Origin: Felis catus
Taxonomy: Eukaryota
Direction of reading: 5' to 3'
Assembly: GCF_018350175.1 (NCBI RefSeq)
Contig: NC_058368.1
Location: 212,414,001 to 212,478,000 of the forward strand
Length of the DNA: 64,000 nt
In this document: in pieces, positions 13,338 through 27,312 of the stretch
Numbering within the stretch: position 1 is the stretch's first letter
How the letters are laid out: the number at the start of each line of letters is the position of its first letter
The notes under the pieces: model-generated
What the model was told of the DNA's origin: nothing
The model's database searches: none
Seen by the model: only the letters and a program-made list of their open reading frames with translations
Position numbers and translations under genes: made by a program

Positions 13338-13878
13338 TTCAGTTATTTATTGCTGTGTAACAAACCACTGCAACACTTACTAGCCTGAAGCCACAACTAT
13401 TAATTATTTCTCAAATTCTCTGGGTTGGCAATCTGGATGGTTCTTTTGTTTGTCTTGAGTGGAATCACATGATTGCATTTATATGATGACTTTATTTGGG
13501 CCAGAGGCCCAAGATATCCTCCCTAGTATTTCTGGCAATTGATGGTAGCAGTCAAGGCTAACTTTGGGGCCCCTTGGTTCTACTCCACATGGCCTCTCAT
13601 CCTCCATTTGGTGAGATTGGACTATTTTAATACATGGTAGTCTCAGATTTCCAAGAGAGACAAATATGAAAGCTATATGTCCTCTGAAGACCTAATCCTT
13701 GAAGTCACATGGTATTACTTCTGCATTCTGCTGGTCAAAGCAGGTCACAGCAGCAGCCCAGATTCAAGCAGAAGGGAAATAGATTCCATCTCTTAATGGG
13801 AAGAGGGGCAAAGTCACGCTACAAAAGGGCATATGAGATGCGAGGAATTGTGGCCATTCCTGCAAACAATCTGCTGCA
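13338..13878 (-). mobile_element. MaLR LTR (MLT1-type)
   Basis: Starts cagttatttattgctgtgtaacaaaccac; contains gcccagattcaag motif. Confidence 0.7.
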
Positions 13879-13990
13879 GGGGGCAAGGAAGTGTAATGCT
13901 AATGAAATAGAGGAGGTGATTTGTGCATCAGGTTAGTGAGTGGTAGGGTGAGTTGCTGACACCAGGCCATGTGTTCTGGAACAAACTCAA

Positions 13991-14143
13991 TCTGTGAGCA
14001 GCAGCCAAAGAAAAGAGTGTGAAGCGTTTGGCAGGCAGACTTTTCTGTGATGACTTTAGCTCTGGGGACTACTCTTTTTGACTTGGCCAGTGGACAAAAC
14101 TTGGCTTTTTACCCTAGAGTTTTCTCCTTTTTGTAAGCAAAGG
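13991..14143 (-). pseudogene. Candidate pseudo-exon
   Basis: Acceptor gacttcag| and mutated donor TTGAGT; 153 bp. Reads ...VCLPNASHSFLWLLLT. Confidence 0.4.
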
Positions 14144-14394
14144 CTGAAGTCAACAGGCCATAGTTCAATTTAGATATGTAATCAGCCTGGGATGAAAAAA
14201 TTTTTCTCAAGCTAAGCATTTCATGGACTTAGAAAATTAAAATATGAAATGAAGCTGTCTGCAAAACACCTATTATGCAAACACTTTAGCTGCCAAAATA
14301 GTGTTGTAAGCTAAGAAACAGTCAGGAGGAGGTAAAAAAAAATTGAAGACTGGGGATTTTCAAAAAATTTGGTACTTATAACCTAATGAATTAC

Positions 14395-14884
14395 CAGCAT
14401 TAGTTTAGTAAACTAGCTCTAAAGAGGATATGTGGATATTTCTTGATAAGGCTGTTGCTGTATCATTCAGTACTACACGAGTTGGATATCTCAGGTGAGA
14501 TGTTCATATCAGGCATTCACTTCTGGCATATGAGCTGTTAGTATGAGTGTGTGCTGAATCAGCTGTAGTTGGGAGAGAGTAATTACATGGCTGCATTCCA
14601 GAAATCACTGTGTATCCAGTCCTATCTTATAGAATGCCAACTCTTCAAGTTTCACCATTTGGGATCTCTGAGCTCTAGATACACAACCTCACTCTAACAT
14701 AGTAGTGAGGAACAACCTAATGTGACTAAAACATGGCAGTGATTACTAAGAGATATCTTGCAAAACTACCATATTGTTCTATTGGTATTTCATTCCTTTA
14801 ATAAAATATTTCGAGGGTGTTGGCAATAGAGAAGACACTCTCATGGAAGATAATCAAAGATAGTGTGTGAGGCAGATCTTCCAC
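14395..14884 (-). pseudogene. Pseudo-exon
   Basis: Bounded ctattctatacag| ... TG|GTAATT. VEDLPHTLSLIIFHESVFSIANTLEIFY*RNEIPIEQYGSFARYLLVIT, cf. GREB1 AEYQKEVNYELVT. Internal frameshifts likely. Confidence 0.65.
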
Positions 14885-15185
14885 CTGTATAGAATAGTAA
14901 AGTGATCTGAAGGACTTTCAGAAAGGCCAAAAGAATATCCTTTCTGGATCATTTCTGATATCTGAAATTTTACCACTAAAGCAATTCTTTCTATTTTCTA
15001 TTTCTTTCTAACAGTTTCCTATAGACTTTCTCTTTTAAACTGCAAACATTCCTAGTATGTTGCTATATAAGGCTTTGTGATATAGTGGAAATCATATAAA
15101 CCTTGATTTCTGATTCTGTCCTTAATAATGGGCCAGTTACTAAACTTCTGTTAGACTCATTGGGTTTTGTGGAGATTGAGTTTTA

Positions 15186-15255
15186 TTATATATACACACA
15201 TACATATACACATACATATATGTATATACATATATATAACAGAACTTAATGCCCA

Positions 15256-15286
<31 letters not shown>

Positions 15287-15302
15287 AAATTCTCATATAT
15301 AT
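15186..15302. repeat. (TA/CA)n and (TCTA)n microsatellites
   Basis: Seen directly. Confidence 0.85.
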
Positions 15303-15519
15303 AGGTACATCCTGACAAATTGATGTTTTTTAATAAACATTAATTTCCTGCTTGTCTTAAAATAGCAAATTAGTAAAATACCTAGGTAGTATTTCCTTTC
15401 ACTGCTCTTTCCTGACATTAAGGCTCTGTGAACTTGAATGATGAACAATTATGTCTTTATTTTCACTAACCTTTAACTGGAATTTTACATTTCCTTCAAT
15501 TAAAAATGTAAGCTATAAA

Positions 15520-15810
15520 CACAGCAATATTGGCAATACCAGCAACTTTGTCACCTATAGGATTGGCAAATATTTTCATGTATTTCATTATTTTCATGTA
15601 TTTCATGTATTTTCATTATAAGATTTACAGAAAGTTTGAAGCATGCTTTATATTCATGATTACTTTGAATTCGTAGTTATTAGATTGCTGCTAGATCTTG
15701 TTACTGAATGCATTGATAAAGATACATATCACTATCTCACAAATTTGTGTGATGATTTAAGTGTTTCATTAACTATATGTATATTTGATGGTTAGAAACA
15801 TTCTAAGAGG
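15520..15810. mobile_element. hAT-Charlie-like DNA transposon relic
   Basis: actttgtcacctatag ... ctagatcttgtt motifs. Confidence 0.45.
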
Positions 15811-16281
15811 TCCATGTGCAGTAATAGAAAAAAGTTAAACATGTTGCTTGTACTTGTTCAGTAGTGATGTTTCTGGTACCAACTTATGTTGTAAGGTTAG
15901 GTCATGTGATCACTTACATTTAGTGTTTTTAATCATTAGGCTTTGGACATGACTGTTGTTTTTTTTAGTATTTACCATTTTATTGTTCCAAAAGTTCTCC
16001 ATGGTAATTAAGTTTATTATTGAGTAGCTGAATTTTTATGTGTAGGACATTAAACTCTAATGTATCTGCACAATAGAATACAAACTAATATAAGAAGAAA
16101 TGAAAAATAGTTTTATATACTACTGTGGAATAATTTTCAGGATATACTGTTAATTTAAAAAAGAAAAATGAAGACAGATGTCTATAGTATTCCAAGTTTT
16201 ATTAAAGAAAGAGGTATATAAATAAATATAAAGTAAAAATACAAGCTAGCTACCTTGCTTTTATAAAAATGGCCTACATGA

Positions 16282-19200
16282 GGCTTGCACCGCACAAGCA
16301 CCCAACGCTGTGCTTCTGTGGATCCATCCTGCTGATGGGTAAGCCTCCCACCTGGTGCCACAGGGCCCCTCCCAAAGCAGACCACCAAAGGCAAAGCGAG
16401 CTGAGGGTGCCCCTCCCACCCCTGTGAACCTTGCGGATCCACCCCGGCTAATACGCCAGATCCCATAGAAGCAGCACCACAAGCCTGGCAGTGTGCAAGT
16501 AGCCTAGACAGGGGCCACACCACTCCACAGTGAGGCCTGCTTCTGGGAGAGGGGAAGATAAGGTACACACCAGTCTGACTGTGGCCTTAGGGGTGGGCTG
16601 GGGGCAGACATCAGATCTGACTGTGGCCCCACCCACCAACACAAGTTACTCCAGACAGTACAGAGGAAGAGCCCTGCAGTTCCATGCCACTCCAGGGAGT
16701 ATCCAAAATGATGAAATGGAAGAATTCTCCTCAAAAGACACTCCAGGAAGTAGCGACAGCTAACGAACTGATCAAAAACGATTTAAGCAATGTAACAGAA
16801 AATGAATTTAAGATAATAGTCATAAAATTAATCGCTGGGCTTGAGAAAAGTGTACAGAACATGAGAATCTATTACTACAGAGATCAAGGGACTAAGAAAC
16901 AGTCAGGAGGAGCTAAAAATGCTATAAATGAGCTGCAAAATGAAATGGAGGTGACCACAGCTCAGATTGAAGAGGCAGAGAGAGAATAGGTGAATTAGAA
17001 GATAAAATTATGGAAAAAGAGGAAGCTGAGAAAGGAGAGAAAAAAAATCCAGGAGTATGAGGGGAGAATTAGAGAACTCAGTGAAACAATTAAACCCAAT
17101 AATATACACATAATTGGGATTCCAGAGGAGGAAGAGAGAGGGAAAGGTGCTGAAGGTGTACTTGAAGAAATCATAGCTGAGAATTTCCCTGACCTGGGGA
17201 TAGAAAAAGGCATTGAAATCCAAGAGGCACAGAGAACTCCCTTTAGATGTAACTTGAATCGATCTTCTGCACGACATATAGTGAAACTGGCAAAATAGAG
17301 GATAAAGAGAAAATTCTGAAAGCAGCTAAGGATAAACATGCTCTAACATATAAAGGGAGACTGATAATACTCGTGATGGATCTATCTACTGAAACTACAG
17401 GCCAGAAAGGAATGGCAGGTAATCTTCCATGTGATGAACAGAAAAAAAAAAAAATGCAGCCAAGAATCCTTTATCCAGCAAGTCTGTCATTCAGAATAGA
17501 AGGAGAGATAAAGGTCTTCCCAAACAAACAAAAACTGAAGGAATTCATCACCACTAAACCAGCCCTACAAGAGATCCTAAGGGGGCCTCTGTGAGTGAAA
17601 TGTTGCAAGGACCACAAAGCACCAGAGACATCACTACAAGCATGAAACCTACAGACATCACAGTGACTCTAAACCCATATCTTTCTATAATAACACTGAA
17701 TGTAAATGGACTAAATGCCCCAACCAAAAGACATAGGGTATCAGAATGGATAAAAAAACAAGAGCCATCTATTTTCTGTCTACAAGAAACTCATTTTAGA
17801 CCTGAGTACACCTTCAGATTGAGAATGAGGGGATAGAGAACTATCTATCATGCTACTGGAAGTCAAAAGAAAGCTGGAGTATCCATACTTATATCAGACA
17901 AACTAGACTTTAAATTAAAGGCTGTAACAAGAGATGAAGAAGGGCATTATATAATAATCACAGGGTCTATCCATCAGGAAGAGCTAACAATTATAAATGT
18001 CTATGTGCCAAACATGGAAGCCCCCAAATATATAAAACAATTACTCACAAACATAAGCAACCTTATTGATAAGAATGTGGTAATTGCAGGGGACTTTAAC
18101 ACTCCACTTACAGAAATGCACAGATCATCTAGACACACGGACAATAAAGAAACAAGGGCCCTGAATGTTACATTGGATCAGATGGACTTGACAGATACAT
18201 TTAGAACTCTGCATCCCAAAGGAACAGAATATACTTTCTTCTCGAGTGCACATGGAGCATTCTCCAAGATAGATCACATGCTGGGTCACAAAACAGCCCT
18301 TCATAAGTATACAAGAATTGAGATCATACCATGCATACTTTCAGACCACAATGCTATGAAGCTTGAAATCAACCACAGGAAAAAGTCTGGAAACCTCCAA
18401 AAGCATGGAGGTTAAAGAACACCCTACTAAAGAATGAGTGGGTCAACCAGCCTATTAGAGAAGATATTAAGAAATGTATGGAAACAAACGAAAATGAAAA
18501 TACAACAACCCAAACGCTTTGGGATGCAGCAAAGGCAGCCCTGAGAGAAAAATACATTTCAATCCAGGCCTATCTCAAGAAACAAGAAAAGTCCCAAACA
18601 CAAAATCTAACAGCACACCTAAAGGAACTAGAAGCAGAAGAGCAGACACACCCCAAACCCAGCAGAAGAAGAGAAATAATAAAGATCAGAGCAGAAATAA
18701 ACAATATAGAATCTAAAAAAACTGTAGAGCTGATCAATGAAACTAAGAGTTGGTTTTTTGAAAAAATAAACAAAATTGATAAACCTATAGCTAGGCTTCT
18801 CAAAAAGAAAAGAGAGATGACCCAAACTGATACAATCATGAATGAAAATGGAATTATTGCAACCAATCCCTCAGAAATACAAGCAATACAAGCAATACAG
18901 AGAATACTATGAAAAATTATATGCCAACAAACTGGACAACCTGGAAGAAATGGACAAATTCCTAAACACCCACACACTTCCAAAACTCAAACAGGAAGAA
19001 ATAGAAGATTGAACAGACCCATAACCAGCGAAGAAATTGAATCAGTTATCACAAATCTCCCAACAAATAAGAGTCCAGGACCAGATGCCTTCCCTGGGGA
19101 ATTCTATGAGATATTTAAAGCAGAAATAATACCTATCCTTCTCAAGCTTTTCCAAAAAATAGAAAGGGAAGGAAAACTTCCAGATTCATTCTATGAAGCC

Positions 19201-21716
19201 AGCATTACTTTGATTCCTAAACCAGAGACCCAGTAAAAAAAGACAACTACAGGCCAATATCCCTGATGAATACGGATCCAAAAATTCTCAATAAGATACT
19301 AGCAAATCGAATTCAACAGCATATAAAAAGAATTATTCACCATGATCAAGTGGGGTTCATTCCTGGGATGCAGGACTGGTTCAACATTCACAAATCAATC
19401 AACGTGATACATCACATTAATAAAAGAAAAGATAAGAACCATATGATCCTGTCGATCGATGCAGAAAAGGCATTTGACAAAATTCAGCATCCTTTCTTAA
19501 AAAAAAAAAAACCTCGAGAAAGTTGGGATAGAAGGAACATACTTAAACATCATAAAAGCCATTTATGAAAATCCCTCAGCCAATATCATCCTCAATGGGG
19601 AAAAACTGAGAGCTTTATCCCTGAGATCAGGAACACGACAAGGATGTCCACTCTCACCACTGTTGTTGAACGTAGTGTTGGACGTCTAGCATCAGCAATC
19701 AGGCAACAAAAGGAAATCAAAGGCATCAAAATTGGCAAAGATGAAATCAAGTTTTCACTTTTTAGATGACATGATATTATACATGGAAAATCTGATAGAC
19801 TCCACCAAAAGTCTCCTGGAACTGATACATGAATTCAGCAAAGTCGCAGGATACAAAATCAATGTACAGAAATCAGTTGCATTCTTATACACTCATAATG
19901 AAGCAACAGAAAGACAAATAAAGAAACTGATCCCATTCATAATTGCACCAAGAAGCATAAAATACCTAGGAATAAACCTAACCAAAGATGTAAAAGATCT
20001 GTATGCTGAAAACTCTAGAAAGCTTATGAAGGGAATTGAAGAAGATATAAAGAAACGGAAGAACATTCCGTGCTCATGGGTTGGAAAAATAAATATTGTC
20101 AAAATGTCAGTACTACCAAAAGCTATCTACACATTGAATGCAATCCCAATCAAAATTGCACCAGTATTCTTCTCGATGCTAGAACAAGCAATCCTAAAAT
20201 TTGTATGGAACCACAAAATGCCCCGAATAGCCAAAGTAATTTTGAAGAAGAAGACCAAAGCAGGAGGCATCACAATCCCAGACTTTAGCCTCTACTACAA
20301 AGCTGTCATCATCAAGACAGCATGGTATTGGCACAAAAACAGACACATAGACCAATGGAATAGAATAGAAACCCCAGAACTAGACCCACAAACGTATGGC
20401 CAACTACTCTTTGACAAAGCAGGAAAGAACATCCAATGGAAAAAAGACAGTCTCTTTAACAAATGGTGCTGGGAGAACTGGACAGCAACATGCAGAAGGA
20501 TGAAACTAGACCACTTTCTCACACCATTCACAAAAATAAACTCAAAATGGATAAAGGACCTGAATGTGAGACAGGAAACCATCAAAACCCTAGAGGAGAA
20601 AGCAGGAAAAGACCTCTCTGACCTCAGCCATAGCAATTTCTTAATTGACACATCCCCAAAGGCAAGGGAATTAAAAGCAAAAATGAACTACTGGGACCTC
20701 ATCAAGATAAAAAGCTTCTGCACAGCAAAGGAAACAACCAACAAAACTAAAAGGCAACCAACGGAATGGGAAAAGATATTTGCAAATGACATATCAGGCA
20801 AAGGGCTAGTATCCAAAATCTATAAAGAGCTCACCAAACTCCACACCCGAAAAACAAATAATCCAGTGAAGAAATGGGCAGAAAACATGAATAGACACTT
20901 CTCTAAAGAAGACATCCGGATGGCCAACAGGCACATGAAAAGATGCTCAACATCGCTCCTCATCAGGGAAATACAAATCAAAACCACACTCAGATATCAC
21001 CTCACGCCAGTCAGAGTGGCCAAAATGAACAAATCAGGAGACTATAGATGCTGGAGAGGATGTGGAGAAATGGGAACCCTCTTGCACTGTTGGTGGGAAT
21101 GCAAACTGGTGCAGCCACTCTGGAAAACAGTATGGAGGTTCCTCAAAAAATTAAAAATATACCTACCCTATGACCCAGCAATAGCACTGCTAGGAATTTA
21201 TCCAAGGGATACAGGAGTACTGATGCATAGGGCCACTTGTACCCCAATGTTCATAGCAGCACTCTCAACAATAGCCAAATTATGGAAAGAGCCGAAATGT
21301 CCATCAACTGATGAATGGATAAAGAAATTGTGGTTTATATACACAATGGAATACTACGTGGCAATGAGAAAGAATGAAATATGGCCTTTTGTGGCAACGT
21401 GTATGGAACTGGAGAGTGTGATGCTAAGTGAAATAAGCCATACAGAGAAAGAGAGATAACATATGTTTTCACTCTTATGTGGATCCTGATAACTTAACAG
21501 AAATCCATGGGGGAGGTGAAGGAAAAAAAAGAGGTTAGAGAGGGAGAGAGCCAAAGCGTAAGAGACTCTTAAAAACTGAGAACAAACTGAGGGTAGATGG
21601 GGGTTGGGAGGGAGGGAAGGGTGGGTGATGGGTATTGAGGAGGGCACCTTTTGGGATGAGCACTGGGTGTTGTATGGAAACCAATTTGACAATAACTTTC
21701 ATAGTAAAAAAAAGAA
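16282..21716 (+). mobile_element. LINE-1 copy A: near full length, 5'UTR-truncated, ORF1 (~16708-17594) and ORF2 (~17663-21490) disrupted
   Basis: ORF1p fragments, endonuclease (GDFNTPL, SDHNAMKLEI), RT and C-terminal ORF2 (19732-21459), G-rich 3'UTR and A tail. Imperfect TSD aaaaatggcctacatga / aataatgacctacatga. Confidence 0.97.
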
Positions 21717-22600
21717 AATAATGACCTACATGAAATGGGATATCCTGAATTAGATCCTGGAACAGAAAGAGGACATTAAAGGAAAAATGAGAGAAAATAA
21801 AAGTCTGTAACTTAGTTAATTTGTTAATTTCTCATTTTGACATATGTTAATTTCTCATTTGTTAATTTCTCATTTTGACAAATGTATGATATTTTTGTAA
21901 GATTGTCAGCATTGGGGAGAGCTCAATGAAGGGCATATGGCCCTTGCTCTGCTATCTTTTCAATTTTAGTGAAAACTGAAAATTAGTTCAAAATAAAGTT
22001 TAAAAAAAGAGTAAAGAAAAATGAAAGGATATACCAGTAATTAATAAAAATGTTTGGTGGGAGGAAGGGAACAGGATGGAAACTAGAAACCTCCAAATAT
22101 ACATGGATTCATGGATCAAACTCAGCATAACTACTGAAATATTTTATGTAATTATAAGACAGAATTAAAGCAAAAAAAGTCCCTAAAATCACAAGTAAAG
22201 TGAAACCTAATATACTTACTTTTTGCATTGCTGGCTTAATCACATAAAGAGAGGTTATTTTAAGTGATTTTAAAACAGAACAATGTGACTACATACTGCT
22301 AGTGGGATATATATCCTATGACTGAAACAAACTGTAAAAAAGTTTTACACTGTCTTTAGTAGTCATATAATAATAATAATATTGGTACTGTTATTTTGAA
22401 CCAACCTTTGTGTGTGTAATATATAGTAAAATAACACTAATAAATAACTATATTAATGTTATTACTAAATCGATATTTTTAGTAGAAGATAAAGAGATAA
22501 AAATATAAAATCAAAGAAGCAATAATGCTCTGTAGTTATATATTTGAATTGAAAATACTTATATGTATTTATGATGACTTTGTCATAAAATTATTAGTGG
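21717..22600 (+). mobile_element. Old L1 3'UTR fragments (host of L1-A; probably continues at ~16060-16281)
   Basis: L1MC-like motif atcctgaattagatcctggaacagaaagaggacatt. Confidence 0.55.
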
Positions 22601-23024
22601 TAACACAATTTCCTAATTTATTGGTAACTAGAAGCAGCAAATTAGATGGTGGTAAAAAGAAAGGTGCTCTTTACAGCTACTATCAAATGAGAGGAGAAGG
22701 TACAGGTTAATGAGTACAGGAGCAAATCGTTCTTCATACTTCATCACTGGGGATATTACAGTAAAATGAATAATCATGATTGCATTAAGAAAGCCCCAAT
22801 TATGACCATATCCCTTTGTTGGAGAGTAGTCAAATGTTTCACTATATTAGAAAATAAATAAAACATGTTTTTGCATTTAAACATAATTTCAGTGCACAAA
22901 ATTTATTTATATGGCTTTCCTTCTTCCCAGATGATACTGAAAAATGAGGAGTGATTATTTTGGAAATACTTCTAAATTTGAGCTAATGTCTCCTATTGAT
23001 TTGCTCCATGTAATTACTTAAAAC

Positions 23025-23242
23025 CTCTTGGTAGGAATAACAAGTGTCTGAGCTGAGTGTATAATTATGAAAAGAATTGGCTGAGAAGGAGTTATGTGAA
23101 TCCGTATGCCTCTCCGAATATAAGTGCTGCCTGAATAGGTCATTGCAAGATGATCAGGCTGTCTAAATATACAGTTAATCTCCAAATGAATTTGGAGTAT
23201 CTTCTCCTTTCCCCATAGCACTTTGCACATAATAAGACATCA
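23025..23242 (-). pseudogene. Pseudo-exon with the best GREB1-like motif
   Basis: Acceptor cttcacag|, phase 1 to 0. (LT)VMSYYVQSA, cf. GREB1 LLTVYYLVQLA. D*LYI*TA*SSCND, cf. AQLPWLASLAASSCND. Confidence 0.65.
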
Positions 23243-23590
23243 CTGTGAAGACTAACTTAAATACTTTCTTCAGTCTAACTCTCCCCTTATTTTTCTTTTA
23301 ATGTCTTAAAACTTAGTAGCGTTATAATTTGCTTTACATTTTAAACTTATGATTTATTCAGTCACTAAGCTCAGCTATCAATGGCATAGAATAGTGTTAG
23401 TTCAACTTGTCCTTAGGTGAGGTAGTCAGGCATTAATAGCTTTCTTTTTTTTAGTAGAACAGTTAATTTCTTTATGTACACTTTTCTGTTATCTGTTTTC
23501 TGGAACTAAAAGTAAGGAAATATACTGAAATGATCATATTATAAGTAGAATTATTTTTCAATAATTAAATAGATTGTATAAAATGTAATA

Positions 23591-23790
23591 GGGGCACCTT
23601 GGTGGCTCAGTCGCTTTAGCATCTGACTCTTGATATCAGCTCAGGTCACGCTCTCACGGTTGTGAGAGCCCTGTGTTGGGCTCTGCGCTGACAGCAAAGA
23701 GCCTGTTGGGGATTTTCTCTCTCCCTCACTCTCTTCCCTTCCCTAGCTAGTGCACTCGCTTTATAAAAATAAATAAATAAATAAACTTTT
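23591..23790 (+). mobile_element. CanSINE
   Basis: Head and (TAAA)n tail. Confidence 0.88.
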
Positions 23791-24339
23791 TAAAAAGTCT
23801 TAATTCATTCTTTCCTAAATATCTGTGTTTCAGGCACTATGCAAGATATTGTAGTAGATAGAGGTGAATTGTATAGAGTGCCCCTTATCACATTCTTGCC
23901 TATTCCTGCCATTCTTTCATACTGTCTAAAATTCATTACAGTTATGTAAACTTTCTCAACCACTATTCCTGTATTTTATCAAGCTTTTAAAATGCATACA
24001 TACTTGGACTTGTTACAAGACTGTTATCTTAGTGTTGGTAGAATCAGAGTCCTTTCCTTTTAACACCTAGAGTAAAACTTCATTGAGAGAATAAACTTTT
24101 TTTAAGGGGATTTACAGAAGAAATAGTTGATTAATGTGGCACATTAGGTATGAGTAGTGGGTATATTTGGACAACCAGAAGACAAATAAGGGAAGTGGGT
24201 GCCTAAGGAATCTAGAGTAAGGGGGAGAATGGAGTAAGGAAGGGAAGATCCATTTCTAAGGAGAAACTCCTTTTTGTAATGGCACCATGGACTGACATTG
24301 TATTCTGTCTCAGCCATTTCTCTTGGTGTCTCATTCCTT

Positions 24340-24895
24340 GTTCCATCCTCTCTCCCATCTTTCCTCGTGACCTCTTTGCTGAGGCATTGTGTTTTTAGGA
24401 CATACCAATCAGAATATTCTCACCATTTCCATATCAACAAATATGCCAGAATGATCTTTTAAAAACATAAGCCAAATAATATCACTTTCTTGCTTAAAAC
24501 ATTCCGTGCTTCCTAATACATTTATAATAAAAGTCCAACTCTGTATCTCAGTATATGAAAGTCTTCTTGCTCTGGCCTAAGCTTTTTCTATGACCTCATT
24601 TCTCACTGTTCTCTCCTTATGCTTCAGCCATATGTCTCAATGATTTGGATATACTGAGTATATTCCTGGTTGAAGCCTTTTGAAGTTGATATTGGGGCTC
24701 TATACTTGTTAACTCTTTAACTAGACCCTTGTATCTCACTCACCCTATGTCACTCTCTAAATGGAAATACCTTATTTTTTGTTTACTTGTTTTTGTTTCT
24801 GTTATCCCACTAGAATATTAGCTCCATGAGGGTAGAGACTTGCTCTGTTGTGTTCGCCACTGTTCATTAAATATGTGTTAAATCAATAAATGTAG
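24340..24895 (+). mobile_element. L2 fragment
   Basis: ccactagaatattagctccatgagggtagagac terminus. Confidence 0.65.
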
Positions 24896-25830
24896 CAAAT
24901 TTTATGGTGTTTTATTTATTTTTTTTTAATTTTAAGGGACTCCCTTCTGTAAATAGTGTCACTTTTTCATTTAACTTTCTCCTTATAAAAGCCTAAAGCT
25001 TTGAAATAATATATACATATTTGCATAAACTGAAAAAAAACTTTTACCTTATATTTGTCTTTTTAATTTGGGGAAACTTGAGATGATAATAGAGCATATA
25101 GCTAGTGCCATCTCTTTTTCTTACATTTCATATTTGTGCTTAAAGGCAGAAAACATCTTCTTAAGTTCATGGAATGTGTTCTCCAGTGGGTTGGTCAGTG
25201 GTAGCCAGGGAATGTTCTCTTTTATTGAGTAACAAAATGAGCAAGATGAATGTCAAACCAGCAGTATTGCTTTTTATCTTCTGTCATTTTATTCTTACTG
25301 TAACAACATCTGTCTCACTCCCATGTCCTCCAACTAATTTGGAAGCTCCTTAAGGATGGAAATTGGATCATATATTTTTATTTGAGCATAGTGCTAGAGG
25401 CATAGTAAATACTCAGTAATCATTTTTTGGTCAAATAATAATGAAAATAACTTCAGTTTTATGTAGATCATAGCATTCTAACAAGAAGTAGCACATCTTT
25501 TCTTATAAAAACCCAGTGAAGTAGAAAAGAAAATATTTTCTTCCTTTTACATATTGTAAGACTGAGATTGCAGAGTTTACCAGAATTGCCCAAATTCAGT
25601 CAGCTGGTAGTGGCTACACAGGAACTAGGGATTCCTGGGAGAGTGTCCTGTTCCCTCTAAGGGCTCACATCTCCAAATGACACATTGTTAGTGATGACGA
25701 TACTGCTTAAAAATTAAAATGAGTAAGCAACTTCAGGTAAGATTTAGTGAAATACTGTCCATCCTTTGATAACAGAGGAAACTGTGAATTAAGTACTTGA
25801 AAGAGAAATCACATATAATTTTTCACATAC

Positions 25831-26130
25831 CAGTGAGACCTCTGAGTATATCTGGGCGTTTTGGATGGCAGAGAGCAGCTGGTTCCATTGGGCCTCGTGA
25901 GTCTTCAAGGCAATTGTGCTTTCCAAACTTGCTTACAATCTGCTCAATGTGCCATGAAGTTACTTCACTATTGGCAAATGCAGTGGTATCAAACAAACAG
26001 CTTTGCTCTTCTACTTCTAACAGAATTTTGAAAAACTATAAATCTCCTTGCACATTTTATATTGACATCCAAAATTCTTATTATAAGGAAATGGTTACAA
26101 GTAATGCAATTGCCATTGGATTATACACAT
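25831..26130 (-). pseudogene. Pseudo-exon
   Basis: 300 bp, phase 1 to 1. Donor CTG|GTATGT; acceptor damaged. Reads VYNPMAIALL...FFKILLEVEEQSCLFDTTAFANSEVTSWHIEQIVSKFGK...PDILRGLT. Confidence 0.65.
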
Positions 26131-26438
26131 TGAAATATTAAAATAAAACTATTGTATCACTTTTTAAAATGTGTCCAAGGGCATATAAATGCAGTTATCT
26201 ACTAAAATGCAATACTCTGTTTTAAAAATATGTGAATAAGCTCCTCTTAATAGTTGGAAATTTTATCTCTTTCTCCTAGAACCGTGACTTCCATTTTTCT
26301 CTCAGAAGTAGTAATGTAAACAGCTTTATACTTAATGTTGTTTATTGACTACTTATTATATATCTTTTAAAAAAAGATATGTATTCATTATCATGAAAGT
26401 TCTAAAAATTAATTTCCTGTGACCATAAGGCACAAAGT

Positions 26439-26658
26439 TTTTAAAAAATTTTTTTAAGTTTATTTATTTATTTTGAGAGAGACAGAGATATGCAAGTTGG
26501 GGAGGAGTAGAGGGTGAGGGGGAGACAGAATCCCAGGCAGGCTCCATGCTGCCAGTGCAGAGCCTGTCATGGGGTTCAAACTCACAAAACCGCGAGATCA
26601 GGACCTAAGCCGAAACTAAAAGTCAGATGCTTAACTGACTGAACCACCTGGGCGCCCC
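26439..26658 (-). mobile_element. CanSINE
   Basis: TSD aaggcacaaagt. Confidence 0.9.
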
Positions 26659-27148
26659 AAGGCACAAAGTATTTAAAGACATTATTCTGGATTGCATTAT
26701 CACTACAATTATTTTCAGTGCATGATTAATAAGAACAAAATAAGTACATTTAAATTTTTGATAATTATTAACAAAGAAACAAAAATTTTATTAGAAATAA
26801 CCTTACTAATGACATACATAAGGCATGTCTTTTCCCACTCAATTCATGTATCTATGGGTACTGTTTCCTGCTTGGATGGAACAGGATTGGCATGAATTTT
26901 ATTTTATTTTTAAAGCATAAATGCTGATAAATCTTTTTCATACAAGTAAGTATATGAGAATGGAAGAAGTTTGTTATAGCAGTATTACTCAGTGTGATGT
27001 TATAGAAATATTCACTCAGTTATTTTTTTTGTAGTAAATGCCAAAATTCACATGGTGAACTTTTATTGAGATTAATTTTAATGATCTATCAGCTGACAAG
27101 TTGATTTTAGTCCTCCAATTTTGCTAAAAGCAAAGCATCTGAAACTAC

Positions 27149-27312
27149 CTGATTTACAAAAGGTTTTGTTATACTGACATTAGAATAATTCATTTTCTCA
27201 GTACTGCTGCAGATATTTGAAAAGGTTTCTTTGTATCCCAGAAGTTTTGACATTTGTGGGTCATGAACCATGACATAGTACGATTCTGGGTAGGTAAAGA
27301 CTTATGTCTGTC
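27149..27312 (-). pseudogene. Pseudo-exon
   Basis: Bounded tctctctttacaaag| ... CAG|GTAGTT. TDISLYLPRIVLCHGS*PTNVKTSGIQRNLFKYL, cf. GREB1 SVTFPVVASGEPVSVPDNLLKI. Confidence 0.6.

Noticed and set aside
19732..21459. 575-aa ORF and other long ORFs as host genes or an active L1
   Set aside because: They are L1 ORF2p fragments, and every copy has frameshifts or stops, so none is autonomous.
21815..21885. Short tandem duplications (also 15570-15620 and 45582-45628)
   Set aside because: Ordinary slippage duplications within old repeats. There is no spacer structure, so this is not CRISPR-like.
25797..26141. Plus-strand ORFs over unique sequence (also 37675-38017 and 4618-4800)
   Set aside because: Splice signals and the protein-like frame are on the minus strand, so these are antisense frames.
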